Shown here: positions 19,627 through 28,502 of the stretch, piece by piece
How the letters are laid out: each line of letters begins with the position of its first letter
Position numbering within the stretch: position 1 is the stretch's first letter
From: an uncultured virus (IMG/VR IMGVR_UViG_3300005336_000020)
Lineage: Duplodnaviria; Heunggongvirae; Uroviricota; Caudoviricetes
Strand: one strand, 5' to 3'
Virus record (IMG/VR): IMGVR_UViG_3300005336_000020
DNA: 64,000 nucleotides
Made by a program: the position numbers and the translations under genes
Notes under the pieces: model-generated
Databases searched by the model: none
What the model saw: the letters and a program-made list of their open reading frames with translations, nothing else
What the model was told of the DNA's origin: nothing

Positions 19627-20838
19627 TCAGAGGTTCTTGGCGCCCGCGAACTCGTCGAGGCCGCCGCCCTCGCCGTCCTCGTCCTTGGCCACCTCGGTCC
19701 ACTGCGTGCCCAGCCAGACGGCGGTGACCGTCTTGCCGGTGCGCAGGAGGACGTCCACGAACACGCCCGGCGTCTTGTCCTGCGCGATGGCGCCGACCGT
19801 GCCCCAGGTGATCTCGCCGGAGACCGTCTCGCCGTTGCGCATCTCGACCTCGACCTTGCGCTCCGGCACCGGCAGGAACTTGGTCTTCAGGTAGTCGGTG
19901 GTCTGCGCGTAGTCCTCCATCAGCGGCGCGGAGTTCTCGCCCCGGTCGGCGATGGCGTAGACCCGGTCGTCGACCTTGACCAGCAGCTTCTCGTTGCCCT
20001 CCCAGACCTGGCCGGAGCCGTCGTTGAGGATGTAGCCGCTGCCGTCCTGCGGGGAGAAGACGGTGACCGGGGCGCCGGTCTCGGTGTCGACCAGCACGTT
20101 GATCGGCTGGTTGTTGCCGTCGAGGCGCGGGCGGCTCTTGGTCTTCGTGGACAGCGTGATGCACGCCATCACGACCTTGCCCTCGATCCGCTTGGCGATC
20201 TCCGGCATCGTCTTGAGGCTGACCTTCTCGCCGGGCTGCGTGGCGCTGGCGGCGACGCGCAGGGTGCGGCCGTCCTCGTTCTTGTAGCCCTTGCGGCCGG
20301 AGCGCTGCTCCTTGAAGAAGGCCGTCTTGATCGTGAGCGCGGGGCTCTCGATCTCGTACGGGTACCGGCGCTGGCCGAACTCCGGGGCGACGTGGTTGGC
20401 CTCGCAGATGAAGTACGGCAGCTCCATCTCGGTGACGACCTCGGTGGCGCCGGTCTGAAGGGCGGCCTCGACCTGGTCGAACGGCACGTAGACGCGCTTC
20501 TTGCCGTCCTCGCCGACCTTCACCGCGACGCAGACCTTGGAGGAGAGGCGCGGGGTGTGCTTCTCCTTGAACTCGGCCACCGAGATCCGGATCGGGACCC
20601 ACATCTTGTCCTTGAGGCCCACGTCGAGCGGGTTGACGTAGGTGTTGCCCGCCTCGTAGACGCGCACCTCCTCGTCGGACTCCTCCTCCTCCAGCTCCAT
20701 CTCGGCGCCCGCGAAGAGGTCGTCCAGCTCGGCGTCCAGGTCGACACCCGCGAGGACGTCGCCCTCGGCCGGGGCCGCGTCGTTCACGTCGGCACCCTCG
20801 GGCTGGTTGAACGGGTCGAACTCGGTGTTGTCGCTCAT
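19627..20838 (-). CDS. Acidic replication-region protein (possible ssDNA-binding protein)
   Basis: Strong codon bias, acidic N- and C-termini, downstream of the recombinase; function inferred from position only. Confidence 0.55.
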   Translation of the reverse strand: MSDNTEFDPFNQPEGADVNDAAPAEGDVLAGVDLDAELDDLFAGAEMELEEEESDEEVRVYEAGNTYVNPLDVGLKDKMWVPIRISVAEFKEKHTPRLSSKVCVAVKVGEDGKKRVYVPFDQVEAALQTGATEVVTEMELPYFICEANHVAPEFGQRRYPYEIESPALTIKTAFFKEQRSGRKGYKNEDGRTLRVAASATQPGEKVSLKTMPEIAKRIEGKVVMACITLSTKTKSRPRLDGNNQPINVLVDTETGAPVTVFSPQDGSGYILNDGSGQVWEGNEKLLVKVDDRVYAIADRGENSAPLMEDYAQTTDYLKTKFLPVPERKVEVEMRNGETVSGEITWGTVGAIAQDKTPGVFVDVLLRTGKTVTAVWLGTQWTEVAKDEDGEGGGLDEFAGAKNL

Positions 20839-20869
20839 GGTGTCCTTGTCCTTGTCCTTGTGGTCCGCG

Positions 20870-22027
20870 TCAGGCACGGAGGGAGTTGACGATGGATTCC
20901 AGGTGGAGGCTCAGCGGCGCCGAGGCGTCGCCATGGCTCACCACCTCGTCTCCCTTGCCCGCTTCGCGCGCCGCCTCCTGGACGGCGTAGATGCGGGAGA
21001 TCTTGTCGTCGGTGGACAGGCTGTCATCCCCGACGGTGCGCTCGGCCCAGTCGGCGAGCTGCTGCGGCGAGCCCTTCTCGGCCGCCTTGCGGGCGGCGTC
21101 GAGCATGGCCTTCTGCTTCCGGCTGCCGCCCTTGGTGACGTCGATGACCTCACCGTTGATCGGCACGCCCTCCTCGGTTACCTCGGCCCCCAGCTCTTCG
21201 GGAGTGTAGGCGGCGGAGGCCATGGCCAGGTGGTCGTGGTCGTCCTCGGAGAGGGACAGGCCCATCTCGCCGAGGATGTTCTTGACGCCGAGGATCACGT
21301 CGATCGCACCGTCTCGCACCACACCCGACTTGGCCCGGCTCTTCAGCATCTCGGGGCCGTAGTTCTGCCAGGTGCTCTTCGAGTTGAGGCCGATCTGGTT
21401 GGCTCGCGCCATCGACCACACCGACTCGAACCGGACCAGCTTGGCCAGATCGAAGTTCGTGGTGCCGATGGAGTCGCGCAGCTCGTCGAAGTTGTACTGC
21501 CCGTGCAGTGCGGCGAGCTGCTTACGCAGGGCCGCGATCTCCTCGGGAGACGCCTTCTCATCGAACTCGGCAAGGGCCCGGAGGTCTTCGATCCTCTCCA
21601 GGATCTGGCCGCGCTGCATCTTGTACAGGCGGTCCATGTCCTCCAGCCGGGCCAGCTTCTGGCGCCGCTCCTCCTCGCGCATCTTCTGGAAGCGCTGGAG
21701 GTCTTCGTCGGACGTCTTGCGCACCAGCACGGCGGTCGCCTTCACGGCGTTGCCCTCGATGTGCACGGTGTGCCCGGCGGCGACGGCGAGCGCCTGCATC
21801 AGGTGGGCGCTCATGCCCGCCTTCAGGCGGCCCTTGCCGTCGGGGAAGACGAAGATGTGCTGGAAGGAGGACATCGGGTCGATGCCCAGGGCGGCGCCGA
21901 AGCGCATCATGTACTCGGCGGAGGCCGCATCACCTGCGATGTGCTCCGGCATCAGCTTCGACTTCGACAGCCGCGCTGCTTCGGCGGGATCCACCTCGCC
22001 GGTCGTACGACGGACAAGCTCAGTCAT
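20870..22027 (-). CDS. RecT-like single-strand annealing protein
   Basis: GIDPMSSFQHI...AHLMQAL...WSMARA..IGL...WQNYGPEMLKSRA pattern of actinophage RecT-like proteins; next to the exonuclease. Confidence 0.65.
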   Translation of the reverse strand: MTELVRRTTGEVDPAEAARLSKSKLMPEHIAGDAASAEYMMRFGAALGIDPMSSFQHIFVFPDGKGRLKAGMSAHLMQALAVAAGHTVHIEGNAVKATAVLVRKTSDEDLQRFQKMREEERRQKLARLEDMDRLYKMQRGQILERIEDLRALAEFDEKASPEEIAALRKQLAALHGQYNFDELRDSIGTTNFDLAKLVRFESVWSMARANQIGLNSKSTWQNYGPEMLKSRAKSGVVRDGAIDVILGVKNILGEMGLSLSEDDHDHLAMASAAYTPEELGAEVTEEGVPINGEVIDVTKGGSRKQKAMLDAARKAAEKGSPQQLADWAERTVGDDSLSTDDKISRIYAVQEAAREAGKGDEVVSHGDASAPLSLHLESIVNSLRA

Positions 22028-22110
22028 GCGTGCCTCGTTTTCAGTGCTTGTTCTTGTGTCGTTTTTGGTTCGCGTGGCGTCGTGTTCTTGTGTCTCCACT
22101 CTACCACTAT

Positions 22111-22953
22111 TTAGCCGCGCAGCCTAGGCCGAATCGAGCAGGGGAAGCACTCGGGGTGCGGAGCCAGCTCGTTGATCTTGCCCGTGCGCACGAGAGATGC
22201 CAGGTGAGCAGCCCGGTTGATGACGCCCTGGGCCACGTCGGGCCGGTAGGCGCACGAGGCCACCCAGATGTCACTCACGTTGTTCGAGTCCCGGGGGATG
22301 AACGCGAGGACAGCGTAGTCCGCTTCCCGCCCCATCGCCCGCAGTCCGTACAGGTACAGCATCGTCTGGCCCATGTACTCCGACGGCACGCCGCCCGAGT
22401 GCTCCTCGGACCGGGACATCAGCAGAACCATCCGGCCCAGGTCGGCCTCGGTCAGCAGTCCGGCTCGGTCCATCGCCTTGAGCTTGGTCAGGTCTTCGCG
22501 CTCCGGGGCGGTGAGCCCGTGGACGTAAGCGCCGGGACCGGCCTGCGTCTGGTACTTCTTCAGCTTCTTCAGGTCGGTGGTCTTCCAGTCGACCAGGGTC
22601 TTCTTGCGTGGCAGGAAGACGTCCACGTGGCCCCGCACCAGACCGATGCCCGGGATCTCCGCGACATCGACGGTGATCTCCTGCTCGGCATGGGCGTACA
22701 CGTTGGGCAGGTCGCGCTCCAGCTTCTCGTGCACCGCAGTGCCGAGCCATGCCTTGAGGCTGAACCCCCGCTCGGTATGGGAGCCCATGCCCAGCGAGGC
22801 GGCGATCTTCCGGGCCACGCAGATGTCGCACTTGTCGGCGAGGTCACTGGGCCCGGGGGCCCGTTGCTTGTCGCGCGCCGAGGGCCGGGTGATGGTGGCC
22901 ACCGCGATTCCCTCGACGAAAGTGCGAATATTTTCCTGATCTTCTGCTGTCAT
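22111..22953 (-). CDS. Cas4-like PD-(D/E)XK exonuclease
   Basis: PSDLADKC, GTAVHEKLE, GHVD, VDWKT, QTMLY and C-terminal CFPC. Confidence 0.8.
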   Translation of the reverse strand: MTAEDQENIRTFVEGIAVATITRPSARDKQRAPGPSDLADKCDICVARKIAASLGMGSHTERGFSLKAWLGTAVHEKLERDLPNVYAHAEQEITVDVAEIPGIGLVRGHVDVFLPRKKTLVDWKTTDLKKLKKYQTQAGPGAYVHGLTAPEREDLTKLKAMDRAGLLTEADLGRMVLLMSRSEEHSGGVPSEYMGQTMLYLYGLRAMGREADYAVLAFIPRDSNNVSDIWVASCAYRPDVAQGVINRAAHLASLVRTGKINELAPHPECFPCSIRPRLRG

Positions 22954-22962
22954 GTCGCAACC

Positions 22963-23670
22963 CTACACCGGGGCACTGACACTGGCGGCCAGCTCGCGGC
23001 CAGGGCCCAACAGGTCATCCCACGAGCCGTCCGTTCCGGCCTCCCGGTAGAGCTTCAGCCTGGCCAGCGACTCGGCCGACCCGGCGTACCTCGTGATCCG
23101 AGCGGGCTTCTCGTGCCACAGGTGATACAGAGGTGCCCGTCCTCGCCAGGAAGGTCCGTAGATCCCGTTCAGGGCCACGGCCCACGCCTCGTCCTCCTGG
23201 CCCCAGCCGACGAACCGTGGGTCGAGAGGGCAGTTCAGGTAGACCTCGCGCCGCAGCACCGTGATGCCGCCGCCCTCGAAGCCCTTGTAGGGCCGCTGAT
23301 CGAGCCAGCGGAGCTGCCCGGTGAAGGAGCCGGGGTTCGCCCCTTCGAAGATGTGGTTCGTGGCCACCTGGCTCATCCGGTACACCTTCAGGTGCGGGAC
23401 GGCCCAGGCGGCACCCTGCTGCACGGCACGTACGGCCTGCTTCAGGCCCGGGGTGATGGAGTCCGCGTCAGCGATGACCACGATCGGCTCGGTGCAGGAA
23501 GCCAGCGCGGTGGCTACGGCCTTCGCCTTGCACCACGGCTGTTCGCTGAACCCGACCTGGATCCTGGGACTTTCCAGCTCGCTGGCGTACCAGGACTTCA
23601 CGTGCTCCAGCGCCTGCTTGCGCCATGGCGTTTCGTTCCCGTAAGGGATCAGGACGGCGATGTCGTTCAT
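22963..23670 (-). CDS. Glycosyltransferase (GT2/GT7-like)
   Basis: VLIPY, DAD, GGG, DPRFVGWGQED and LYHLWH motifs. Confidence 0.85.
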   Translation of the reverse strand: MNDIAVLIPYGNETPWRKQALEHVKSWYASELESPRIQVGFSEQPWCKAKAVATALASCTEPIVVIADADSITPGLKQAVRAVQQGAAWAVPHLKVYRMSQVATNHIFEGANPGSFTGQLRWLDQRPYKGFEGGGITVLRREVYLNCPLDPRFVGWGQEDEAWAVALNGIYGPSWRGRAPLYHLWHEKPARITRYAGSAESLARLKLYREAGTDGSWDDLLGPGRELAASVSAPV

Positions 23671-23740
23671 GGCCGTATCCTGGCACGGAAACGGGCCACC
23701 GCTCAGGGGACGGCGGGGCCCGTTTCCTGCATCCGGAGGA

Positions 23741-24448
23741 TCAGCCCTCGAAGCTGAAGTCCTCGTCGTCGTCGCCGGAGGGACGGGAGGCCAGGTACTT
23801 CGCCTTGTCCTCGTCGGTCGCCCGGCGGACGGTCAGCGTCGGCCCGTTGTCCTTGAGGCACGCGTCCAGCTTGTCGGGCTCGTGCTCGAAGAGCTTGCGC
23901 GCCATGGTGGCGTCGGGCTTCGGCAGGAGGATCCGCTTGTAGTCCTCGGCCGAGAGGTTGCGCTTGGCGGTGGGGGCGTCGAACTTCGTGCCCGAGGTGT
24001 AGACCAGGGCCACGCCGTCCTGGATGTCGATGCCCAGGTTGCCGCCCCGGCGGTACTTCGCGACGGCCTTGGCACGCTCGACCAGGTCGGCGGCCTCCTT
24101 CTTGATGCGCTCCTGCTCCAGGATGAACACGGCCAGCGCCGCGTCGTCGAGGTTGTCGATGTCGTCGGGGTTCATGCCGCTCCAGTTGTTCTCCGGCGCC
24201 TTGACGGCGTGGGGGTGGTCCTCCGGGAGGGCCGCCAGCGGCACGTAGCCGTTGTCCTGCGGCTGGCCGTCGGAGGCCAGGTACTCCGAGTGGATGAGCG
24301 AGGCGCGCACGGTGCGGCGGCGACCCAGGCTGCCGTCGTTGACCGTGGCGATGTTCGCCTCGCGGCTGTCCTTGTCGAGCACGGCAACGATCTTCTTCGT
24401 GCGGACGTTGAAGTAGAGCTGCTTGCCGACGATGTTGTCCAGGCTCAC
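23741..24448 (-). CDS. Hypothetical protein
   Basis: Strong codon bias, own promoter-like element upstream. Confidence 0.65.
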   Translation of the reverse strand: MSLDNIVGKQLYFNVRTKKIVAVLDKDSREANIATVNDGSLGRRRTVRASLIHSEYLASDGQPQDNGYVPLAALPEDHPHAVKAPENNWSGMNPDDIDNLDDAALAVFILEQERIKKEAADLVERAKAVAKYRRGGNLGIDIQDGVALVYTSGTKFDAPTAKRNLSAEDYKRILLPKPDATMARKLFEHEPDKLDACLKDNGPTLTVRRATDEDKAKYLASRPSGDDDEDFSFEG

Positions 24449-24493
24449 GTTCTTTCCCCTTCCGAAGCCCCGCTTCCGGGGCTTGTGAGTACT

Positions 24494-24524
24494 ACTCTAC
24501 CAGGGATCTGCGAGATTTTCGCAA
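24494..24524 (-). promoter_or_regulatory. Promoter-like TTGCGA-N19-TAGAGT containing palindrome TGCGA-N5-TCGCA
   Basis: Seen in sequence; similar block at 58637-58666. Confidence 0.5.
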
Positions 24525-24547
24525 GTCTCTGTTTCCAGAATCGAGGA

Positions 24548-25045
24548 TCAGGAGCTTTCCTCGCTTTCGGGCACCTCGATACTGAAGGAAACCCTCCACC
24601 CCAGAATCCGCAGCGCCGCCTGGATCGTCGAGATCGGGTGATCCGCGATGTGTCGGGCGAGGCTGTCGGCCGAGGGGTTGTCGGGCTCCTCCGTGTTCAG
24701 TTCGAACGTACGCCATGCCTCTGACATCGCCCGCTGGGCGCCGTACCGCTCGGACTTCTCCAGGGCGTCGGCGTAGTGCAGGTACGAGGCGTTCAGGGCG
24801 GCCGTCAGGCGCCGCTTGGCCTCGCCTTCGGTCATGTCCCCGGGCAGCCCGGAGAAGGCCGCGTCGTAGGCCGCGTCGAGCGCGCCCGGGACCGCCACGG
24901 CCCGCATGCCGACCGGGACGACTGCGGCCAGCGGACGACCGTCCTCGGTCAGGTAGAAGATCTCGCCGTTCTCGTGTGCCCGCCTGGCCAGCTCCTCGGT
25001 ACGGTCGCAGCATCCGCGCACCGGTACGTCCTGCTCCTGCTTCAT
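24548..25045 (-). CDS. Hypothetical protein with Phd/YefM-like N-terminus
   Basis: ELARRAHENGEIFYLTEDGRPLAAVVP resembles the Phd antitoxin DNA-binding motif. Confidence 0.5.
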   Translation of the reverse strand: MKQEQDVPVRGCCDRTEELARRAHENGEIFYLTEDGRPLAAVVPVGMRAVAVPGALDAAYDAAFSGLPGDMTEGEAKRRLTAALNASYLHYADALEKSERYGAQRAMSEAWRTFELNTEEPDNPSADSLARHIADHPISTIQAALRILGWRVSFSIEVPESEESS

Positions 25046-25059
25046 GGCCTTCCCCTCTC

Positions 25060-25605
25060 CTACAGCCCGGCGGCCCACGCCGCGAGCGTCTTGAAATCCC
25101 CGTCGAGCAGCCCGGTCCTCGGGCTGACGTAGTGCAGCAGGGCGGAGCCCTGGTGGTTGACGGCGACGTGCTCGCGGTCGCCGTCGTGGATCTCGTCGTC
25201 GATCCAGGCGAAGGGCCGCCCATCGGCCCACACGACGATGTGCGGCGTCTTCCAGAAGACGCCGTCGGTGCGGCCGGACTTCTCCGGGTGCGGATCGTTG
25301 GCCCAGAAGTCCACGTACTCCAGCTCGGGGAGCCCGATCAGCGGGCCGATCCACTCGTTGGCCTCGGGGCCCCACATGCTGGCCCACACCAGATCGAAGT
25401 ACTCGGCCAGCTTCAGCAGCTCGACACCGTGCGACTCGTTGAGCCAGACGCGCAGCGGCTTGCCGTAGACGTTCGTCCAGTGCTCGCCGTTCTGGTCGGT
25501 GGGGTTGAGGCGGTGCGTGCTGTACCCCTCGGGGCGGCGGTGCGGCTTCGCGGCGTGCGGGTTCAGCGGCCCGTCCACGTCGATCAGCAACAGCGGCTTG
25601 GTCAT
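25060..25605 (-). CDS. HAD-family phosphatase (HAD_SAK_2 / RNA-repair-like)
   Basis: LLIDVDGPLNP, LVWASMW, WKTP and FAWIDD motifs. Confidence 0.8.
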   Translation of the reverse strand: MTKPLLLIDVDGPLNPHAAKPHRRPEGYSTHRLNPTDQNGEHWTNVYGKPLRVWLNESHGVELLKLAEYFDLVWASMWGPEANEWIGPLIGLPELEYVDFWANDPHPEKSGRTDGVFWKTPHIVVWADGRPFAWIDDEIHDGDREHVAVNHQGSALLHYVSPRTGLLDGDFKTLAAWAAGL

Positions 25606-25691
25606 CTCTTCTCCAGTCCGGGCGGACGGGCCCCGCCTCAGCGGGGCCCGGGAACGCCACCTTCTCGTATGACGCGCCAACGGCGCGGATC

Positions 25692-26036
25692 TCACTGCGG
25701 GGGTCGAATCCCCAGTCGCTCGTAGACCTCTTCCATGGGAGGCGCCAGCTTCAGCTCCGGCCATTCCAGCCGTTCGCCACCCTCGTGCTCGAACGGCGGC
25801 GGGTCACCCAGGTCGATCCTGGTCATGAAGTGCTTGCCCTCCAGGGACATCACGTCCGTGGTACCGGCAGCCTGAAGGAATGGTTCGGCGTGCGTGAGCA
25901 CCGCGCGCCGGAGGGACCATGAGGCAACGACCCAGACCTTGCGGGGGTCGTCGTCTTCGCAGTCCATCCGGTCGTGATCCTCTTCGGCCTTCAGGATGTA
26001 CACAGGGCTCGGCAGGAAGCGGTGCCCCTCGGCCAT
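25692..26036 (-). CDS. Hypothetical protein
   Basis: Starts MAEGHRF, coupled to the upstream stop. Confidence 0.5.
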   Translation of the reverse strand: MAEGHRFLPSPVYILKAEEDHDRMDCEDDDPRKVWVVASWSLRRAVLTHAEPFLQAAGTTDVMSLEGKHFMTRIDLGDPPPFEHEGGERLEWPELKLAPPMEEVYERLGIRPPQ

Positions 26037-26662
26037 CAGTCCTCCAGGCGCTCGACGCCGGAGGCCACCCGTACGGCCCTGGAATGGGTCAGCAGGAAGT
26101 CGTGGACCTCCTTGTCCCAGCGGGCGTCGTAGAGGGCGTGGTGGGCCTTCTCGACGTACTTCTCGGGCAGCCGCAGGCCGTTGGGGAGGTGGTCGTCCTC
26201 GACGCCCGCCAGCATCTCCAGGGAGGCCAGGTCGAGGAACGGGTGCTTCGGCACCGAGGGCGGCATCACGCCGAACCAGTCGTTGCCGAAGAGGTTGTGG
26301 ATCCGCTGCATGTCCTGGGTGCAGTGATCCGCGACGAAGCCGATCCGGTACTTGTACTTCTGCTTGTCGGTGAGGCCGTCGAAGTAGGAGCCGACCGCCG
26401 ACTGGATGGCCGTGTAGGGCACCACGTACGGGCTGCTGCGGTCGAGCGAACCGTCGGCCCGCAACGGCAGCTTGGACCAGATGTGGTCGCGCCGGAACGG
26501 GTCGGAGCAGAAGTCCTCGCGGTCCGCGTCGGCGTTCACCAGGTACAGCCAGTCGTGGTCGGCCTGGAGGGCGGTGGAGACGAGTCCGCCGGGCGTGTGG
26601 TTGTCGGGGGTGAACTCGGAGTCGCCGTAGACGAACTCGAAGCCGGGATAGGTGGCCTTCAT
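26036..26662 (-). CDS. DEDDh 3'-5' exoribonuclease (Rv2179c/RNase AS-like)
   Basis: GDSEF...LVSTAL...YLVNAD...HHALYDARW. Confidence 0.7.
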   Translation of the reverse strand: MKATYPGFEFVYGDSEFTPDNHTPGGLVSTALQADHDWLYLVNADADREDFCSDPFRRDHIWSKLPLRADGSLDRSSPYVVPYTAIQSAVGSYFDGLTDKQKYKYRIGFVADHCTQDMQRIHNLFGNDWFGVMPPSVPKHPFLDLASLEMLAGVEDDHLPNGLRLPEKYVEKAHHALYDARWDKEVHDFLLTHSRAVRVASGVERLED

Positions 26663-26676
26663 CTTTTCGCTTTCCG

Positions 26677-26958
26677 CTATCGGTTGATCTTGCCGCCGCA
26701 GAACATGCAGCTCGGGTCGATGTTGTCGATCGTGATCTCGAAGACGCAGCGCTCGATCGGGGACTCTGGGCAGATGTGATGGGAGTCCAGGAGGGTTGCG
26801 TCGGGGCACCCGAGAAGAGCTGCCAGCTCGTCGAGGAAGTCGCGTTCGATCTGGCCACGCCGCTGGGAGAGGGCGAAGATCTGCTCGTTGATCCGGCCGA
26901 TCTCCGCTCTCTTGCCCAGCAGTGACACCAGGGACTTGCCCTGCCACTCGGATCTCAC
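26677..26958 (-). CDS. Hypothetical Cys-rich protein
   Basis: CPESPIERC...CMFCG. Confidence 0.5.
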   Translation of the reverse strand: MRSEWQGKSLVSLLGKRAEIGRINEQIFALSQRRGQIERDFLDELAALLGCPDATLLDSHHICPESPIERCVFEITIDNIDPSCMFCGGKINR

Positions 26959-27323
26959 GTGACGCTCGGGTCCTGTACGTAGGCACGGGCCGCCGCAAGG
27001 ACGTCCCCGCCGTACCCCAGACCGATCTCCGTGGTGGGGCACCCGTCCGGGTAGTCGCCCCCGTTGTGGTTCTCCAGGTGCGGATTCATGCCGATCATCC
27101 AGGCGCGGGCGATGTCGACCCCTTCCGCCTTGCGCAGGATCTGGAACACCTCATACCCGGTGCGCAGCTTGGCCTCGTCCTCGACGTTCGGGGGCGCAAC
27201 CAGCCAGCGCTTCAGCGGCGCCGCACCCGGCATGCCGCACATCTCACCGAGCAGGGACGGCCCCAGCCAGTCGGTCAGGGACCGGATCACCTGGTGGATC
27301 TCCGGGACATTCTCCTGCGTCAT
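26955..27323 (-). CDS. Xre/MbcA/ParS-like antitoxin-type or DNA-binding protein
   Basis: ARAWMIGMNPHLE...P...AAARAY motif. Confidence 0.55.
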   Translation of the reverse strand: MTQENVPEIHQVIRSLTDWLGPSLLGEMCGMPGAAPLKRWLVAPPNVEDEAKLRTGYEVFQILRKAEGVDIARAWMIGMNPHLENHNGGDYPDGCPTTEIGLGYGGDVLAAARAYVQDPSVT

Positions 27324-27331
27324 CTCTCTCC

Positions 27332-27544
27332 TCATGGAACGACGTCCTGCTGGTTCTCCTCCAGCCAGGCCGCCATGACGGCGGCCCGACGGTGCGCCCG
27401 GCTGGGCTTCGGGCTCACCCAGGGCATCCCCGGCCGGTTGCGCCCGGGACAGTGCACGGTCTGGTCGCCACGCCGGTAGGCGTGGCCGACGTGGTTGAAC
27501 GGCTGCCACAGGTGACAGGCGATGCGAGGTGTCGGCTGGCCCAT
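27332..27544 (-). CDS. Hypothetical protein
   Basis: GGAG RBS, coupled to the upstream gene. Confidence 0.45.
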   Translation of the reverse strand: MGQPTPRIACHLWQPFNHVGHAYRRGDQTVHCPGRNRPGMPWVSPKPSRAHRRAAVMAAWLEENQQDVVP

Positions 27545-27963
27545 CACTCCTCCTCGTCGCGCTCGACGACGATGTGCCGCCGGATGGTGCCGGTGGTGCG
27601 CACCATCGTGTGGTTGTCGCTGACGACCTTCCAGCCGAAGCTCACGCCCTGGCCGTGGCTCTTGCCGAGGCACGAGCAGGTGCACTCCCGGCTCCGGGCG
27701 TTCCGGCACCGGGTGTCGCACCGCTCGGTCTGGCGGAAGTCCATGTAGACGTCGACCTTGCCGTACCGCTGGGCGAGCGCCTGGACGAGCGGACCGAAGT
27801 GATCGCGTGCGATCTCCCATCGCTTCGTCTCGCCGTTCCAGTCAGGCCGGATCCGACTGCCGAGCACGCTCTTGAACCAGGCCCGGTTCGTCTTGGCGAA
27901 GGGCATCTTGATGACCAGACGCCCCTCGACGGGGCGCCACAGGGCCGGGGTTTCGTGCTTCAC
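27544..27963 (-). CDS. Hypothetical protein with Cys cluster
   Basis: CDTRC...CTCSCLGKSHG. Confidence 0.55.
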   Translation of the reverse strand: MKHETPALWRPVEGRLVIKMPFAKTNRAWFKSVLGSRIRPDWNGETKRWEIARDHFGPLVQALAQRYGKVDVYMDFRQTERCDTRCRNARSRECTCSCLGKSHGQGVSFGWKVVSDNHTMVRTTGTIRRHIVVERDEEE

Positions 27964-28502
27964 GAGTTCCACCCTTCGGCCAGCACCACGTAGGCGCCGG
28001 GGATCGGCTCGCCGAGCGTGCCGCGCTTCTTGCTGGAGAGGTGAACGGCCCGTGCGTTCCAGTCGCACCGGTAGGCCCGCTGGAGACCGTCGCTGCCAGC
28101 TTCCTGGGCCACCCGCCGGGCGAACGCCTCGCCCCGCAGGACCGACCGATGCCGCTTCTTGTCGCACGGGCAGTACGTGGGACGGGTGAAGTGGGAACCC
28201 TTGTCCAGCCCCGTCTCACCTTCGGCGAGAAAGCCCAGGAAGGCAGCCTCGTCGCACTCGATCCACTCGGTGATCCCCCGAGGAAGCGCGTACCTCTTCA
28301 GCTCCAGCCGCCCGTCATCCGTAAAACGGGCGGTGACCAGAGACTCGTCCATCCCGAAGGGGTTCCGGTGTCGCCCGTGGGCGAACTCCTGGAAGGTCTT
28401 CTTCAGGTAGCCGGTCTCGACGTTCCAGCCGAACTGGCGGAATCCTTCGAGGGACCCCGCCAGTTCGGCCTTCAGCCAGTCGCGGTCACTTCCCGAGGGC
28501 AT
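27960..28502 (-). CDS. Hypothetical protein
   Basis: Overlap-coupled; RAYRC...HLSS Zn-ribbon-like end. Confidence 0.5.
   Translation of the reverse strand: MPSGSDRDWLKAELAGSLEGFRQFGWNVETGYLKKTFQEFAHGRHRNPFGMDESLVTARFTDDGRLELKRYALPRGITEWIECDEAAFLGFLAEGETGLDKGSHFTRPTYCPCDKKRHRSVLRGEAFARRVAQEAGSDGLQRAYRCDWNARAVHLSSKKRGTLGEPIPGAYVVLAEGWNS

Noticed and set aside
20840..20860. (GTCCTT)3 microsatellite upstream of 19627-20838
   Set aside because: Too short; simply provides AAGGAC RBS-like copies.
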